A stretch of DNA of 60,668 bases from Flavobacteriales bacterium UBA1958 (GCA_002336675.1 DDEI01000053.1:2459-63126); one strand, 5' to 3'. Positions 36,182-45,999 are shown, numbered from the stretch's first letter. Notes: generated from the sequence alone by a model not told the origin. Numbers and translations: made by a program.

Positions 36182-38581
36182 TTAGAATTTAAAGTTCCAC
36201 GTTATACTCGGAAGGATTGGGAAAAGACTTACTTGTTTTGCTGTAATTTTAACCTCTCCGTTAAGAACGTTTCCTTCATTAGCATAATATATAAAGAAAG
36301 GATTTTGACGGTTGTAAACATTGTAAATACTAAAACTCCAACTACCTTGAATAGTTTTTGGTCTTCTTTTTTCATTACCGTTTTCATCAGTATATTTTTT
36401 AAATTTCTCTGAGTATCTAACGGCAGATAGGTCTAGCCTATGAAAACTGGGCAGTCTATAACTATTTCTTTCTGCATATTCAAACACAGTACTTTCCTCT
36501 AAAATATACCATCTGACGGGAGGGGTGAAGGTGTTTCCAGTGCTGTAGACAAAAGCAGCTGAAAACGTCCATTTATCGGAGAGTTCATAATTAGATACGG
36601 CACTAAAATCATGACGTCTATCATATTTAGCAGGAAATGTTTTCCCGCTGTTGAGCGATTCGAAGTCTCTATCTGTTTTACTCCATGTATACCCAATCCA
36701 TCCATTTAGCTTCCCTTTATTCTTCTTTACAAAAAACTCTAATCCATAACTAGTTCCATCACCAAAAGTTAGTTGAGAATCGATGTTGTTATTGATGTTG
36801 TCTTCGGGTCGCGCGCCTTCTTTATACTCTACCAAGTTGGTCATAGTTTTGTAGTATATCTCCCCGCTCGCCTCATATTTACTTTCATCAAAGTTTCTGT
36901 AGTAGCCCAATGCGTATAAAATTCCTTCTTGAGGTTTTATTAGTTCAGTAGAAGGCAGCCAAGTGTCTGTAGGGAGAGTGAGTGCGCTGAATGATGCTAG
37001 GTGAACGTACTGAAAATTACGAGTAATTCCTGACTTAATACTGCTTTTCGAGTTTAACTGATAACGAGCAGAGAAACGAGGCTCTAGTCCTACGTATTCA
37101 GCTACAGTTTCATTCGATTCATATAAGATGGTTTCTCTATTCTCTGAAGGATTGTCAGAATTATATCTTTTAAATGGACCTTTCTGTAAATAAGCAGAAG
37201 CGCGCAGGCCTGTATTTAACTTAATTTTATCTGAAAGATTCCATTCATCGTTTATATAAATGCCGTATTCTCTGCTACGAATGTTTTGGGGATCACCTGT
37301 ATTGAACTCTGTATCTCCTGAGCTTACTTCTACGGTACTCGGAGAGAAAGTATGATTTATATATTCTGCTCCGAATTTCAACTTGTGTCGTGAATTGGGA
37401 AAATAGCTAAAGCTAACCTTACTGCTCATATCTTTTATTCCTGAGAGAAGCTTAAACTTGAAGTCATCTTGGTCTCCTGTAAATTCGAATTTGAAGTCTG
37501 AATAAGTTACTATGGTATTGGCTACTAACTTTCCTCCAAATTGATGATTCCACCTAAATGAACCCGTGGTATTTCCCCAGAGAATATCTGAACCAAACCC
37601 TGCGGCAGGACTAGCAAACCCAAACACATCTTTTCCGAAATACCCGCTTAAGTATATTTGGTCTTTGTTACTCAGTTTATAATTTAATTTGGCATTTAAG
37701 TCGTAGAAGTAATAATCACTTTCCCTGGCCTGTGACCCTTCCCTGGCAAATGGTTTTACTAAAATATCGGCATAAGTTCTTCTGCCTGATATAATAAAAG
37801 ATGAAGTGTTTTTTTTAATAGGACCTTCGAGTGTTAGTCTGCTGGAGATTAACCCCAAACCACCTTCTCCTTTATACTCTTTATTATTCCCTTCTTTCAG
37901 AGAAATATCAAGAACAGAAGATAATCTGCCGCCATACTGTGCAGGCATACCTCCTTTTATCAGCTCTACATTTTTGACGGCATCTGCATTAAAAACAGAG
38001 AAAAATCCAAGTAGGTGAGAAGCATTATAGACTGTCGCATTATCTAAAAGTATAAGGTTTTGATCTGCACTTCCTCCTCTGACATAAAACCCGGAATTTC
38101 CTTCACCATTGGCTTGAACTCCGGGTAGGAATTGGATGATTTTTAATATATCTACCTCACCCAAGAAAGCAGGGAGAGTTTTTATTTTTTCTAATTCAAG
38201 AGAAATAGTGCCCATCTCTCCACTTTGGGTGTTTTTATTTTTTTCTGCATCGATGGTGGCTTCTTGAAGAAGGAGAAGACTCTTTAACTCGAGATCTAAT
38301 CTCACATCTTCTATGAGATTTATCTGTTTAGAAACTGACTGGTATCCCACATAGCTAAACTCGAGAGAGTGAACTCCTTCCGGGAGAGTCATGGAATAAA
38401 AACCATAAACGTCACTCGTTGAGGTTGAATTATTAGTAGAGTAAACATTAGCGCCAATTAAGTATTCACCGGAATTATAATCGGTTATGTTTCCTGATAT
38501 AGTGTGGTTTTGAGCACTGGAGTTGTAAATAAGGAGTATAGAGTTTACTAAAAGGGATGTCTTTAACCATGGAAGCTTCAT
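36182..38581 (-). CDS. TonB-dependent receptor with an N-terminal carboxypeptidase-regulatory-like domain
   Basis: 799 aa. Signal peptide, ISGNITDYNSGEYLIGANVY (CarbopepD_reg-like), plug region DILKIIQFLPGVQ, and a C-terminal WNFKF aromatic terminus. Confidence 0.85.
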   Translation of the reverse strand: MKLPWLKTSLLVNSILLIYNSSAQNHTISGNITDYNSGEYLIGANVYSTNNSTSTSDVYGFYSMTLPEGVHSLEFSYVGYQSVSKQINLIEDVRLDLELKSLLLLQEATIDAEKNKNTQSGEMGTISLELEKIKTLPAFLGEVDILKIIQFLPGVQANGEGNSGFYVRGGSADQNLILLDNATVYNASHLLGFFSVFNADAVKNVELIKGGMPAQYGGRLSSVLDISLKEGNNKEYKGEGGLGLISSRLTLEGPIKKNTSSFIISGRRTYADILVKPFAREGSQARESDYYFYDLNAKLNYKLSNKDQIYLSGYFGKDVFGFASPAAGFGSDILWGNTTGSFRWNHQFGGKLVANTIVTYSDFKFEFTGDQDDFKFKLLSGIKDMSSKVSFSYFPNSRHKLKFGAEYINHTFSPSTVEVSSGDTEFNTGDPQNIRSREYGIYINDEWNLSDKIKLNTGLRASAYLQKGPFKRYNSDNPSENRETILYESNETVAEYVGLEPRFSARYQLNSKSSIKSGITRNFQYVHLASFSALTLPTDTWLPSTELIKPQEGILYALGYYRNFDESKYEASGEIYYKTMTNLVEYKEGARPEDNINNNIDSQLTFGDGTSYGLEFFVKKNKGKLNGWIGYTWSKTDRDFESLNSGKTFPAKYDRRHDFSAVSNYELSDKWTFSAAFVYSTGNTFTPPVRWYILEESTVFEYAERNSYRLPSFHRLDLSAVRYSEKFKKYTDENGNEKRRPKTIQGSWSFSIYNVYNRQNPFFIYYANEGNVLNGEVKITAKQVSLFPILPSITWNFKF

Positions 38582-38665
38582 AACAGCGAAATATAAAATA
38601 AGTAACCTTTACTTGTAACAAAAGTCTAAGTTTTAGCGTAGATGTAATCACCAAAGTATTACACT

Positions 38666-39070
38666 ATGAAATTTAACTTAGCATTTCTTTTTCTTTTTAT
38701 GTCGTTAATATCTGATTGCCAAGAATATAACTTTGACTATCTTGACATATATTTGGATGTCACAGAGAAAAAAGATGCAATTTATCAGCGAGTTTTAAAA
38801 CCCTTAGATGAAAGTTTTTTCAGTGCAGAGATACTATCATTAGATGGATTGGTAAAGGCCAAAGGAGTATATTTTATTGAAGACCAAGAGTTAATTCCTC
38901 ACGGTTATTTTGTTTTCTTCCATCCCAATGGGGAAAAGGAATCAGAAGGAAGGTATAAGGTGGGGTATAAAGTGGAATATTGGAAAAGATATGATTCTGA
39001 AGGAACAGAAAAAACTTCGAAGTATTATGAATCGGATTTAGGAAACCTCATACAATCTATTTCAGAATAA
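38666..39070 (+). CDS. Small secreted protein with MORN-variant-like repeat(s)
   Basis: 134 aa with a signal peptide. HGYFVFFHPNGEKESEGRYKVGYKVEYWKRYDSEG resembles the MORN repeat variant. Confidence 0.5.
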   Translation: MKFNLAFLFLFMSLISDCQEYNFDYLDIYLDVTEKKDAIYQRVLKPLDESFFSAEILSLDGLVKAKGVYFIEDQELIPHGYFVFFHPNGEKESEGRYKVGYKVEYWKRYDSEGTEKTSKYYESDLGNLIQSISE

Positions 39071-39093
39071 CAGTATAAATCTTTTTTAAGGTC

Positions 39094-39101
39094 TAAATTT
39101 G
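39094..39101 (+). promoter_or_regulatory. -7 promoter box (TAnnTTTG) upstream of the substrate-binding protein gene
   Basis: TAAATTTG ends 5 nt before the GTG at 39107. Confidence 0.35.
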
Positions 39102-39106
39102 GTCTT

Positions 39107-40729
39107 GTGTTGAGAATAAAATACTTCTTCGTTGTTTTTCTTGTAGGTCTGTTTTTTGTGCATTGCAATAGGCCAAGTCAGACGTCAGACAAAAAAATAT
39201 TTCGATATAATGAAACTGCGGGCATCAATACTTTGGATCCGGCTAATGCTCGATATCTAGAGGATATGAGGGTGATTAATCAAATTTATGATGGACTACT
39301 ATATTTGGATGACTCTATGAAAATTCAGCCATGCATAGCAAATAGTTATTCTATTTCTGAAGATGGTCTGACTTATACATTTCATCTAAAAAAGGAAGTT
39401 CTTTTCTCTCCACATGAAACATTTCCTAATGAATCTTCTAGGATTATAAACGCAGAAGATTTTGTTTACAGTTTTAATCGAATCCTAGATCCCAAAGTTG
39501 CTTCTCCGGGAATGTGGATTTTTAACCAAGTTAAAAAAGAAAACGGTTTCGTAGCTATAGATAATCATACGCTTCAAATAAACTTAACTCAGCCATTTCC
39601 AGCTTTTCTTGGAATACTTACTATGCAGTATTGCAATGTCGTGCCTGAGGAAGTTGTGAAATTTTATGGGAATGAATTTAGGAGTAACCCGATAGGTAGC
39701 GGTCCTTTTAAGCTTGGTTTTTGGCTGGAAGGAGTGAGTCTGGTACTTCATAAAAGCGATACATATTGGAGAACAAATGAAAACGGAGAAAAACTCCCTC
39801 ATTTGGATGCCGTTAGAGTAGACTTTATGAGAGATAAGTCTACAATGTTTTTAGATTTTTTAAAAGGAAAGTATGATTTCATTAGCGGTTTAGATCCTAG
39901 TTATAAAGATGAGCTTCTGACGTTTAATGGAGAGTTGAATGAAGTCTACAGGTCAACTGTGAGCTTCCAAAGAGCTCCCTTTATAAAAACTGATTATATA
40001 GGACTTTTGGTAGATAAAGATCTTCTTCCGGCTGATTCTCCGCTAAGAGTAAAGAAATTTAGGCAGGCGTTAAACTTTTCCGTAAATAGAAAAAAACTAG
40101 CTAAATACTTAAGGAATAACTCTGTATTCCCAGCAAGTAATGGCTTCCTTCCAAAGGGTTTTGAAGCTCATGGATTTCATCTTCATGAAGGATATGGTTA
40201 TAATTTAGAAAAAGCAAAAAATCTGTTGGATGAGTCTAATATTGATTTGACCATACCTTTAATTATTAGCACCACATCGGAGTACGTTGATATTTGTGAG
40301 TATCTTCAATACCAATGGGAACAGCTGGGTTTAAAAGTTAAGGTAGAGGTGTTACAAAGCTCAAATCACAGAGATTTAGTGGCTAACTCCAAGATAGAAG
40401 TATTTAGGAAAAGTTGGTTAGCGGATTATTCAGATGAGGAGAATTTTCTAGGTCTGTTTTACTCGAATAATTTTAGTCCAGGGGGGCCTAACTACACTCA
40501 TTTTTCTAATAGTCAGTTTGATTCATTATTCGAAAAGGCTCTTCATACGTCAGATTACTTTAAACGTAAAGTGCTCTATGGTCAGATGGACAGCCTGCTG
40601 TTGGATGAAGCTCCTGTGGTTCCTTTGTTTTATGATCAGGTATCACACTTTTTAAGTAAGAAGATATCTAATTTTGCGACCAATCCCTTGAATATGCTAG
40701 ACTTCTCTAAAGTTGAAAAACTTAATTGA
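39107..40729 (+). CDS. ABC-type substrate-binding protein, family 5 (peptide/nickel-type); no permease or ATPase genes adjacent
   Basis: 540 aa with a GTG start and lipoprotein-like LFFVHC. LDPANARYLEDMRVINQIYDGLL and GSGPFKL are typical of SBP_bac_5. Confidence 0.85.
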   Translation: MLRIKYFFVVFLVGLFFVHCNRPSQTSDKKIFRYNETAGINTLDPANARYLEDMRVINQIYDGLLYLDDSMKIQPCIANSYSISEDGLTYTFHLKKEVLFSPHETFPNESSRIINAEDFVYSFNRILDPKVASPGMWIFNQVKKENGFVAIDNHTLQINLTQPFPAFLGILTMQYCNVVPEEVVKFYGNEFRSNPIGSGPFKLGFWLEGVSLVLHKSDTYWRTNENGEKLPHLDAVRVDFMRDKSTMFLDFLKGKYDFISGLDPSYKDELLTFNGELNEVYRSTVSFQRAPFIKTDYIGLLVDKDLLPADSPLRVKKFRQALNFSVNRKKLAKYLRNNSVFPASNGFLPKGFEAHGFHLHEGYGYNLEKAKNLLDESNIDLTIPLIISTTSEYVDICEYLQYQWEQLGLKVKVEVLQSSNHRDLVANSKIEVFRKSWLADYSDEENFLGLFYSNNFSPGGPNYTHFSNSQFDSLFEKALHTSDYFKRKVLYGQMDSLLLDEAPVVPLFYDQVSHFLSKKISNFATNPLNMLDFSKVEKLN

Positions 40730-40824
40730 TAGACATTCTTACTGTCTTATTGGCACTATTTTTATCTTTCTGCGCAACCTTTCCTATCTTTAGAAAGTCT
40801 TTTAATCAATAACTGAAAAAATTA

Positions 40825-41382
40825 GTGAACGAAGTTCAAATCATAGAGGGTTGCATTAAGAAAGAGAGAAAGGCACAGGATGCTTTTTTTGCTTCTTACA
40901 ATGGATTGTTGTTTGGAGTTTGCTTACGCTACACAAAGAACAGATTCGAGGCAGAAGATGTGCTTCAAGAGGGATTGATTAAGATTTACAAAAACATGCA
41001 CATGTTTAGAGAAGGTAGATCTTTCGAGGGTTGGATAAGGAGGATTATGATCAATACTGCGATTACTTATTACAGAAAAATGAAAAAGCATGCTTATCAT
41101 GCTGATATAAGTGATGTTGGGGTGGCTTCCTCTGAAAGTGAACTCTTCACAGAGTGTGAGTTTACCAAAGATGAATTATTGAATACGATTAGCGAACTTC
41201 CCATTGGCTATAGAACAGTGTTCAACCTTTATGTGATAGAAGGGTATAAGCATAAAGAAATAGCAAAGCAGTTAGAGGTAGATATTAACACATCTAAATC
41301 TCAATTAAGTAGAGCGAAAAAGCTTCTTCAAACAAAGCTAAATGAACTTTCGAAAATTAAGATTCCATTAGAAATAGAATGA
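40825..41382 (+). CDS. ECF-type RNA polymerase sigma-70 factor
   Basis: 185 aa with a GTG start. Region 2 EDVLQEGLIKIY...WIRRIMINTAI and region 4 YKHKEIAKQLEVDINTSKSQLSRAKKLL. Confidence 0.85.
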   Translation: MNEVQIIEGCIKKERKAQDAFFASYNGLLFGVCLRYTKNRFEAEDVLQEGLIKIYKNMHMFREGRSFEGWIRRIMINTAITYYRKMKKHAYHADISDVGVASSESELFTECEFTKDELLNTISELPIGYRTVFNLYVIEGYKHKEIAKQLEVDINTSKSQLSRAKKLLQTKLNELSKIKIPLEIE

Positions 41383-42044
41383 AAAAAGAAGATAACATAA
41401 CCGAGCTCTATAAAAATGCTTTTAATGACTATTCTGTCCGTGCTCCTGCTAGTGTTTATAAGAAAGTTCAGCTTGAATTAGATAGGAAGAGTCTATTAAC
41501 AATAGATCCTACAAGACTGAATGTTTTCTACATGGCTCTGATGTCAGGTGCTGTGGCTTGGGCAATCTTAGGAAACTACTCTGCAGAAATTACAAATGCA
41601 AGCATTATTCCAGAAATCAAGGCTAATACCGAGTTGGTCCTGCAGCATAATTCAATTCAAGATAATAAATATAATTCTGCAAATGAATTTTTCGAAGAAT
41701 TAGAAAAAGCAGAGGTTGTTCAGCCTGTTATCTTTGAAAAATCATGGACTAGACAGTCAATAACGAATGCTACTGACGAAATAATATTTCCCAATGAACT
41801 AGTAGGTGAACTCGAGGGATTAGAGGAAATTATCTCTGGTGAGCAAATTGAATTCGTTGAAAATGTAGAAATTAGTTCAGAAACTATTGAGGATAACGCT
41901 AAAGCAGAGGAAAAAGAAGAAGATTTTAGAGAGAAAATCTCACTGACTAACTCTAGAGTTGAGTCAGCAAGTGAGTTTATGCGACTTTTATCCTTGGATA
42001 GTGATAAGAAAGGAGCTCTTACTATCAGCACTAAGAAAAAATAA
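41379..42044 (+). CDS. Putative anti-sigma factor (single-pass membrane protein), inferred from position only
   Basis: 221 aa. Overlaps the sigma gene by 4 nt (ATGA). One TM (VFYMALMSGAVAWAILG) lies about 60 aa from the N-terminus, and the C-terminal part is acidic. No zf-HC2 motif. Confidence 0.45.
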   Translation: MKKEDNITELYKNAFNDYSVRAPASVYKKVQLELDRKSLLTIDPTRLNVFYMALMSGAVAWAILGNYSAEITNASIIPEIKANTELVLQHNSIQDNKYNSANEFFEELEKAEVVQPVIFEKSWTRQSITNATDEIIFPNELVGELEGLEEIISGEQIEFVENVEISSETIEDNAKAEEKEEDFREKISLTNSRVESASEFMRLLSLDSDKKGALTISTKKK

Positions 42045-42051
42045 CAGAAAT

Positions 42052-42077
42052 TTGACTGACTGTTCTAGAGCAGTCAA
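42052..42077 (+). terminator. Hairpin just after the putative anti-sigma gene (weak terminator or attenuator candidate)
   Basis: TTGACTG (42052-42058) pairs with CAGTCAA (42071-42077), with a 12-nt loop containing TCTAGA, followed by ttgttt. Confidence 0.3.
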
Positions 42078-42144
42078 TTGTTTAGTGAAGTCTCAAGTTA
42101 AAAATATTACAGCTCTTGTAGAGCGACTAAAAAAAACTATCTTG

Positions 42145-43029
42145 ATGATGGTTTTTTTCAGTTTATCTAACTTTTTGTTTGCTGGAGTAGAATTAAAGAA
42201 GGATACTATAATTATAGATGGAATAACTATAGAAATTCAGTTAGTGGAGGAGGAGTTAGAAGTTTCTCAATCATTAATGTTAGAAGAGGACTACCTACCC
42301 AAAGAAAAAAAGCCCTCTTCTCTGTCTGTTTACTTTAACCAGGGAGTTAGTTTTAACTCTATCGAAGTGTCTGAAACATATACTTCCTTGGACGAATTTA
42401 TAGATAGTAATCCTTCGACAGGGAATTACTCCTCTTTTGGTTTAAGTGCAAAGGTTTTAGATGGAGATAGATTTTCATTAAGCGCTGGATTGAATTATAC
42501 TTATTGGAGTCAAGATTACTTCAGACTGAATGACCAATTAGATGACAGTCTAAATGATTTTTATTCTCCTTTCAAAGGAGAGTTTTGTCAGGTGACGCTT
42601 TTGAGAACAGAACTTGGAGTGGAGCGAGATACTCTGGCCTTAAATATAATATCAGAGGTATATCGGCAGTCTTATTTGGAGTTATCTCTAGGTTTCAATT
42701 ATAATTTACTAAATCCCAAAAGGAAATCTTCATTAAGGCTGGGTGCTTTAGTTGTTCCTGGGATATTAATAAGTTCTAATAATGCTACTATTTCTGTATT
42801 AAAGGGAAAAGATTTAATAGAGCTTAACACCAGTGATTTGAATGAAAGCGCTGTAAATTTTTCCCTTCAAGGAGCTCTAATCTATGAGACTCCTTTAAGC
42901 TCTAATTTAGGGTTTTCTGTTCAGTCAGGTTACCGAAAAAACTTATCGAACACCTTTAGTAAGCATAATCAACTGGTAGTCAGTAGAAATTCTATATTTT
43001 TAGGCTTAGGAGCTAAGTTTGTTTTTTGA
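42145..43029 (+). CDS. Hypothetical outer-membrane beta-barrel-like protein
   Basis: I prefer ATG 42145 (MMVFFSLSNFLFAG, signal-like) over the track start 41959, which overlaps the previous gene. Alternating beta-strand-like pattern and a C-terminal ...GLGAKFVF (terminal Phe). The start is uncertain. Confidence 0.45.
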   Translation: MMVFFSLSNFLFAGVELKKDTIIIDGITIEIQLVEEELEVSQSLMLEEDYLPKEKKPSSLSVYFNQGVSFNSIEVSETYTSLDEFIDSNPSTGNYSSFGLSAKVLDGDRFSLSAGLNYTYWSQDYFRLNDQLDDSLNDFYSPFKGEFCQVTLLRTELGVERDTLALNIISEVYRQSYLELSLGFNYNLLNPKRKSSLRLGALVVPGILISSNNATISVLKGKDLIELNTSDLNESAVNFSLQGALIYETPLSSNLGFSVQSGYRKNLSNTFSKHNQLVVSRNSIFLGLGAKFVF

Positions 43030-43154
43030 GTCCCACAATAAAATCTAAATAATTTCGTCTTATATAAAGAGATTCATTCTCGTTTCTAAACACTCGTAAA
43101 CCTGCAAAGTTCACAGAGCTTAGAAAATCATAATTAGTTGTTTTGGTTAAGGTA

Positions 43155-43182
43155 GTTAAGCTCTCAATCGTGAGGGCTTAAC
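43155..43182 (+). terminator. Strong isolated hairpin in the 244-bp spacer (terminator-like or structured RNA)
   Basis: A 12-bp stem, gttaagctctca/tgagggcttaac (one G-U pair), with tetraloop atcg, followed by ttattactatgattt. Confidence 0.35.
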
Positions 43183-43273
43183 TTATTACTATGATTTCCA
43201 AATGTTTTTCTGAAAAAGAGATGTTGAAATTTTGCCTAGACCAAGTTAATCCTATATTTTTACGTGCTACAGA

Positions 43274-44320
43274 ATGAAAAAAACACTCCTCATATTAGTA
43301 GCGATATTTTCTACATTTATTGGATTTGGTCAAAATTTAATACCAAACCCTAGTTTTGAATTATACAGCTCTCTTCCTAATGATTTAGGTCAGTTTGCTC
43401 TATGTGACCAATGGACTAATTGTTCAAGCTCAGATTCAGACCCAGACTATTATCATTCAAATGCCTCATTGTTGAGTGATTTGCCTGTAACAAGTGTCGC
43501 TGAAGTTTTTCCGCATTCAGGAAATGCATTAATGGGATTTGTTGCTGCTGGAAAAAACGGATCTAATTATAGAGAGTATCTATCAGTGAAGCTTTTAAGT
43601 CCAACAATTCCAGGAAGAAAGTATAATATATCCTTTAATATTACCAATGGGGAGGTTTATGAATATTCTCTTTCAGGATTAGGGGTCTCTCAGCTAGGAG
43701 TCTGTCTGAGTAATGCCCAGCTAATACAAACAAATAATGAACCTATAAGTGCGACCCCCTTCTATGAATCCTTTCAGATTATGTACGACAAAAGCTGGGA
43801 AAAAGTATCGTTTAGTTTTATAGCCAACTCCTCTTTAGAATGGTTAACTCTCGGGGTCTTCAATGATGACTCTGATTTGGATATTCAGTTTATGGATGGA
43901 AACTCTACCTTAGCTGATTATGCGTATTATTTCGTAGATAATTTCTCTATGAAAAACATTCCGTTAGAGTTTTTACAAGCTGAAGATGATAGAAGTATCC
44001 CGAGTGACATAGAACTAGGTGCGGACAGCGAGTTTCCATTCTTTGTTCCAAATGCATTTACACCTGATGGAAATGGAAATAATGATACATTTTCAATAAT
44101 AGAAGGTCAGAAAAATATTGACTTTACTATCACTGTGCTTGACAGATGGGGAAAACAGATTTACTATGCTAAAAACGGAAATCCAGAATGGAATGGTAAA
44201 TTCAACGGAAACTATTGTCCTAATGGCATTTATGCTTGGCGTATTAGTTACTCTATGAAAGATAAGGTAGGAAATGATATTGTTGCTGAAGAAACAGGTA
44301 CCATTCATTTGATAAGATAG
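43274..44320 (+). CDS. Secreted protein with a T9SS type-B (gliding-motility-associated, CHU_C-like) C-terminal domain
   Basis: 348 aa with a signal peptide. C-terminal FFVPNAFTPDGNGNNDTFSI...VLDRWGKQIY...WNGKFNG...PNGIYAWRI matches the type-B CTD pattern. Confidence 0.75.
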   Translation: MKKTLLILVAIFSTFIGFGQNLIPNPSFELYSSLPNDLGQFALCDQWTNCSSSDSDPDYYHSNASLLSDLPVTSVAEVFPHSGNALMGFVAAGKNGSNYREYLSVKLLSPTIPGRKYNISFNITNGEVYEYSLSGLGVSQLGVCLSNAQLIQTNNEPISATPFYESFQIMYDKSWEKVSFSFIANSSLEWLTLGVFNDDSDLDIQFMDGNSTLADYAYYFVDNFSMKNIPLEFLQAEDDRSIPSDIELGADSEFPFFVPNAFTPDGNGNNDTFSIIEGQKNIDFTITVLDRWGKQIYYAKNGNPEWNGKFNGNYCPNGIYAWRISYSMKDKVGNDIVAEETGTIHLIR

Positions 44321-44347
44321 TTTTATACTTTTCACTAATCATTCGAT

Positions 44348-44355
44348 TATTTTTG
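44348..44355 (+). promoter_or_regulatory. -7 promoter box (TAnnTTTG) upstream of bshC
   Basis: TATTTTTG ends 4 nt before the ATG at 44360. Confidence 0.35.
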
Positions 44356-44359
44356 TTGG

Positions 44360-45943
44360 ATGAATTATTCAGCAGACCTCAAAGATTTACCGATTTTAAA
44401 AAAAATCATTTTCGACTATGTTCTTGAAGACAAGAGAATAGAAGGTTTTTCGGAAGGGCTTCCATCTAAAGAAAGGATAGAGTCCATGATGGAAACGAAG
44501 TTTCGGTCAGCTGAAATCAGAAAGAGTTTATCCTCATCTATTCTTTCCGACTATTCCGAAAAATATGATTACCAGCCAGTTATAGATAACATTAATCTCT
44601 TAAGCGATTCTCGAACGTTTACAGTAACTACAGGGCATCAATTAAACTTATTTACGGGTCCGCTATATTTTATTCTTAAGATTGCTCAAACGATAAAACT
44701 GTCAACTCAGCTTAAAAAACTATTCCCTGACTTTAGCTTTGTTCCTGTCTACTGGATGGCTACCGAAGACCACGACTTAGAGGAGATTAATCATATTCAT
44801 CTTTTTAACCAAAAAAGGGAATGGCAGACTTCTCAAAAAGGAGCTACTGGAAGAATGAATACTCAAGGTCTTGATGCTTTTGGTGATAATTTAAAAGATC
44901 TTTTCGAAAATAGCCCAGCTACTAAGAGCTTAGTAGGGCGTATTACTGAGATCTATAACACCTCACAGACCTTAGCAGAGGCCACTAGGGGAATGGTTCA
45001 TTTACTCTTCCCAAAGGAAGGGATAGTGGTTATGGACGCTGATAAATCAGAGTTGAAAAAACACTTCATTCCATTGCTTCTAAAGGAACTTAAGGAGAGC
45101 ACTGTGTTTGAGAGGATGACACGCACCAATGAAGAGCTGAAGGGATTAGGCTATCACGCGCAAGTCAACCCTCGAAAGATTAATTTGTTTTATCTTAAAG
45201 AATCTTCAAGAAATCGAATAGTTAGAGAGAAAGATAAATGGAGTGAACTAAATGGAGAACAGACGTGGAATTGGGAAGAGTTGGAGTTGGAAGTAAATGA
45301 TTTCCCTGAAAGGTTTAGTCCTAATGCGGCATTTAGGCCTTTGTATCAGGAGTTTATTCTTCCTAATTTAATGACTGTTGGTGGTTCTGGAGAAATAGCG
45401 TATTGGTTGCAGTTAAAGTCTGTGTTTAAAGAGTTTAAAGTAGATTTTCCTTTTCTTCAATTAAGAAATAGCCATCTGTTTTTGTCCAAAAAACAAACAG
45501 ATCTATTAGATGAATTCTCTCTTAAAATTAATGATTTACTCACTAGAAAAGAAGAGTTACTAAAATCGGTAGCTGGTGAATTGGTAAAGGTTGACCTGAA
45601 GGATGATTCAAAATATATAATAAGAAAGCTAGAAGATTTAACCCGTAAAGTGATTAATGAAGACTCTTCATTAGAGGGGAAAATGCTAGGTGTTAAGAGG
45701 GTTTTAGAAAATTCATTGAACCAAATCCAGAGCAAATTAGAAAAGTCTGTAAAATCTAAAAACTCAAATAAGTTTAGTCAATTAGAAAAGCTCCATGATT
45801 CAGTCACTCCAGGAGGAAAACTAAATGAGAGAACAATCAATTTTTTTAGCCTCCTAAACCATGTTAATTTAGAATATTTTATAGAAGAAATTTCTATTTT
45901 AGAAGACGATTTTACTCCTAAGCTGTATGTTCATAGTTATTGA
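44360..45943 (+). CDS. bshC: Bacillithiol biosynthesis cysteine-adding enzyme BshC
   Basis: 527 aa. The size and VTTGHQLNLFTGPLYFILKIAQTIKL...VYWMATEDHD are typical of BshC. Confidence 0.8.
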   Translation: MNYSADLKDLPILKKIIFDYVLEDKRIEGFSEGLPSKERIESMMETKFRSAEIRKSLSSSILSDYSEKYDYQPVIDNINLLSDSRTFTVTTGHQLNLFTGPLYFILKIAQTIKLSTQLKKLFPDFSFVPVYWMATEDHDLEEINHIHLFNQKREWQTSQKGATGRMNTQGLDAFGDNLKDLFENSPATKSLVGRITEIYNTSQTLAEATRGMVHLLFPKEGIVVMDADKSELKKHFIPLLLKELKESTVFERMTRTNEELKGLGYHAQVNPRKINLFYLKESSRNRIVREKDKWSELNGEQTWNWEELELEVNDFPERFSPNAAFRPLYQEFILPNLMTVGGSGEIAYWLQLKSVFKEFKVDFPFLQLRNSHLFLSKKQTDLLDEFSLKINDLLTRKEELLKSVAGELVKVDLKDDSKYIIRKLEDLTRKVINEDSSLEGKMLGVKRVLENSLNQIQSKLEKSVKSKNSNKFSQLEKLHDSVTPGGKLNERTINFFSLLNHVNLEYFIEEISILEDDFTPKLYVHSY

Positions 45944-45999
45944 TAATTAAGCTAAGTGTACAATCTACACGTCCTATTTTTTAGTAATTTTAAACTGCC

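Noticed and set aside
36170-36412. 80-aa plus-strand ORF overlapping the 3' end of the TonB-dependent receptor gene
   Set aside because: It is antisense to a strongly supported gene and has low-complexity sequence.
41959-42144. Upstream extension of the barrel-protein ORF given in the track. Similar long-start versions in the track are at 15046, 17838, 26661, 46884 and 58743.
   Set aside because: The extensions overlap the preceding gene or a promoter box or terminator. The internal ATGs give canonical N-termini (signal peptide, lipobox, PyrR, RNase Z and YqgF N-termini).
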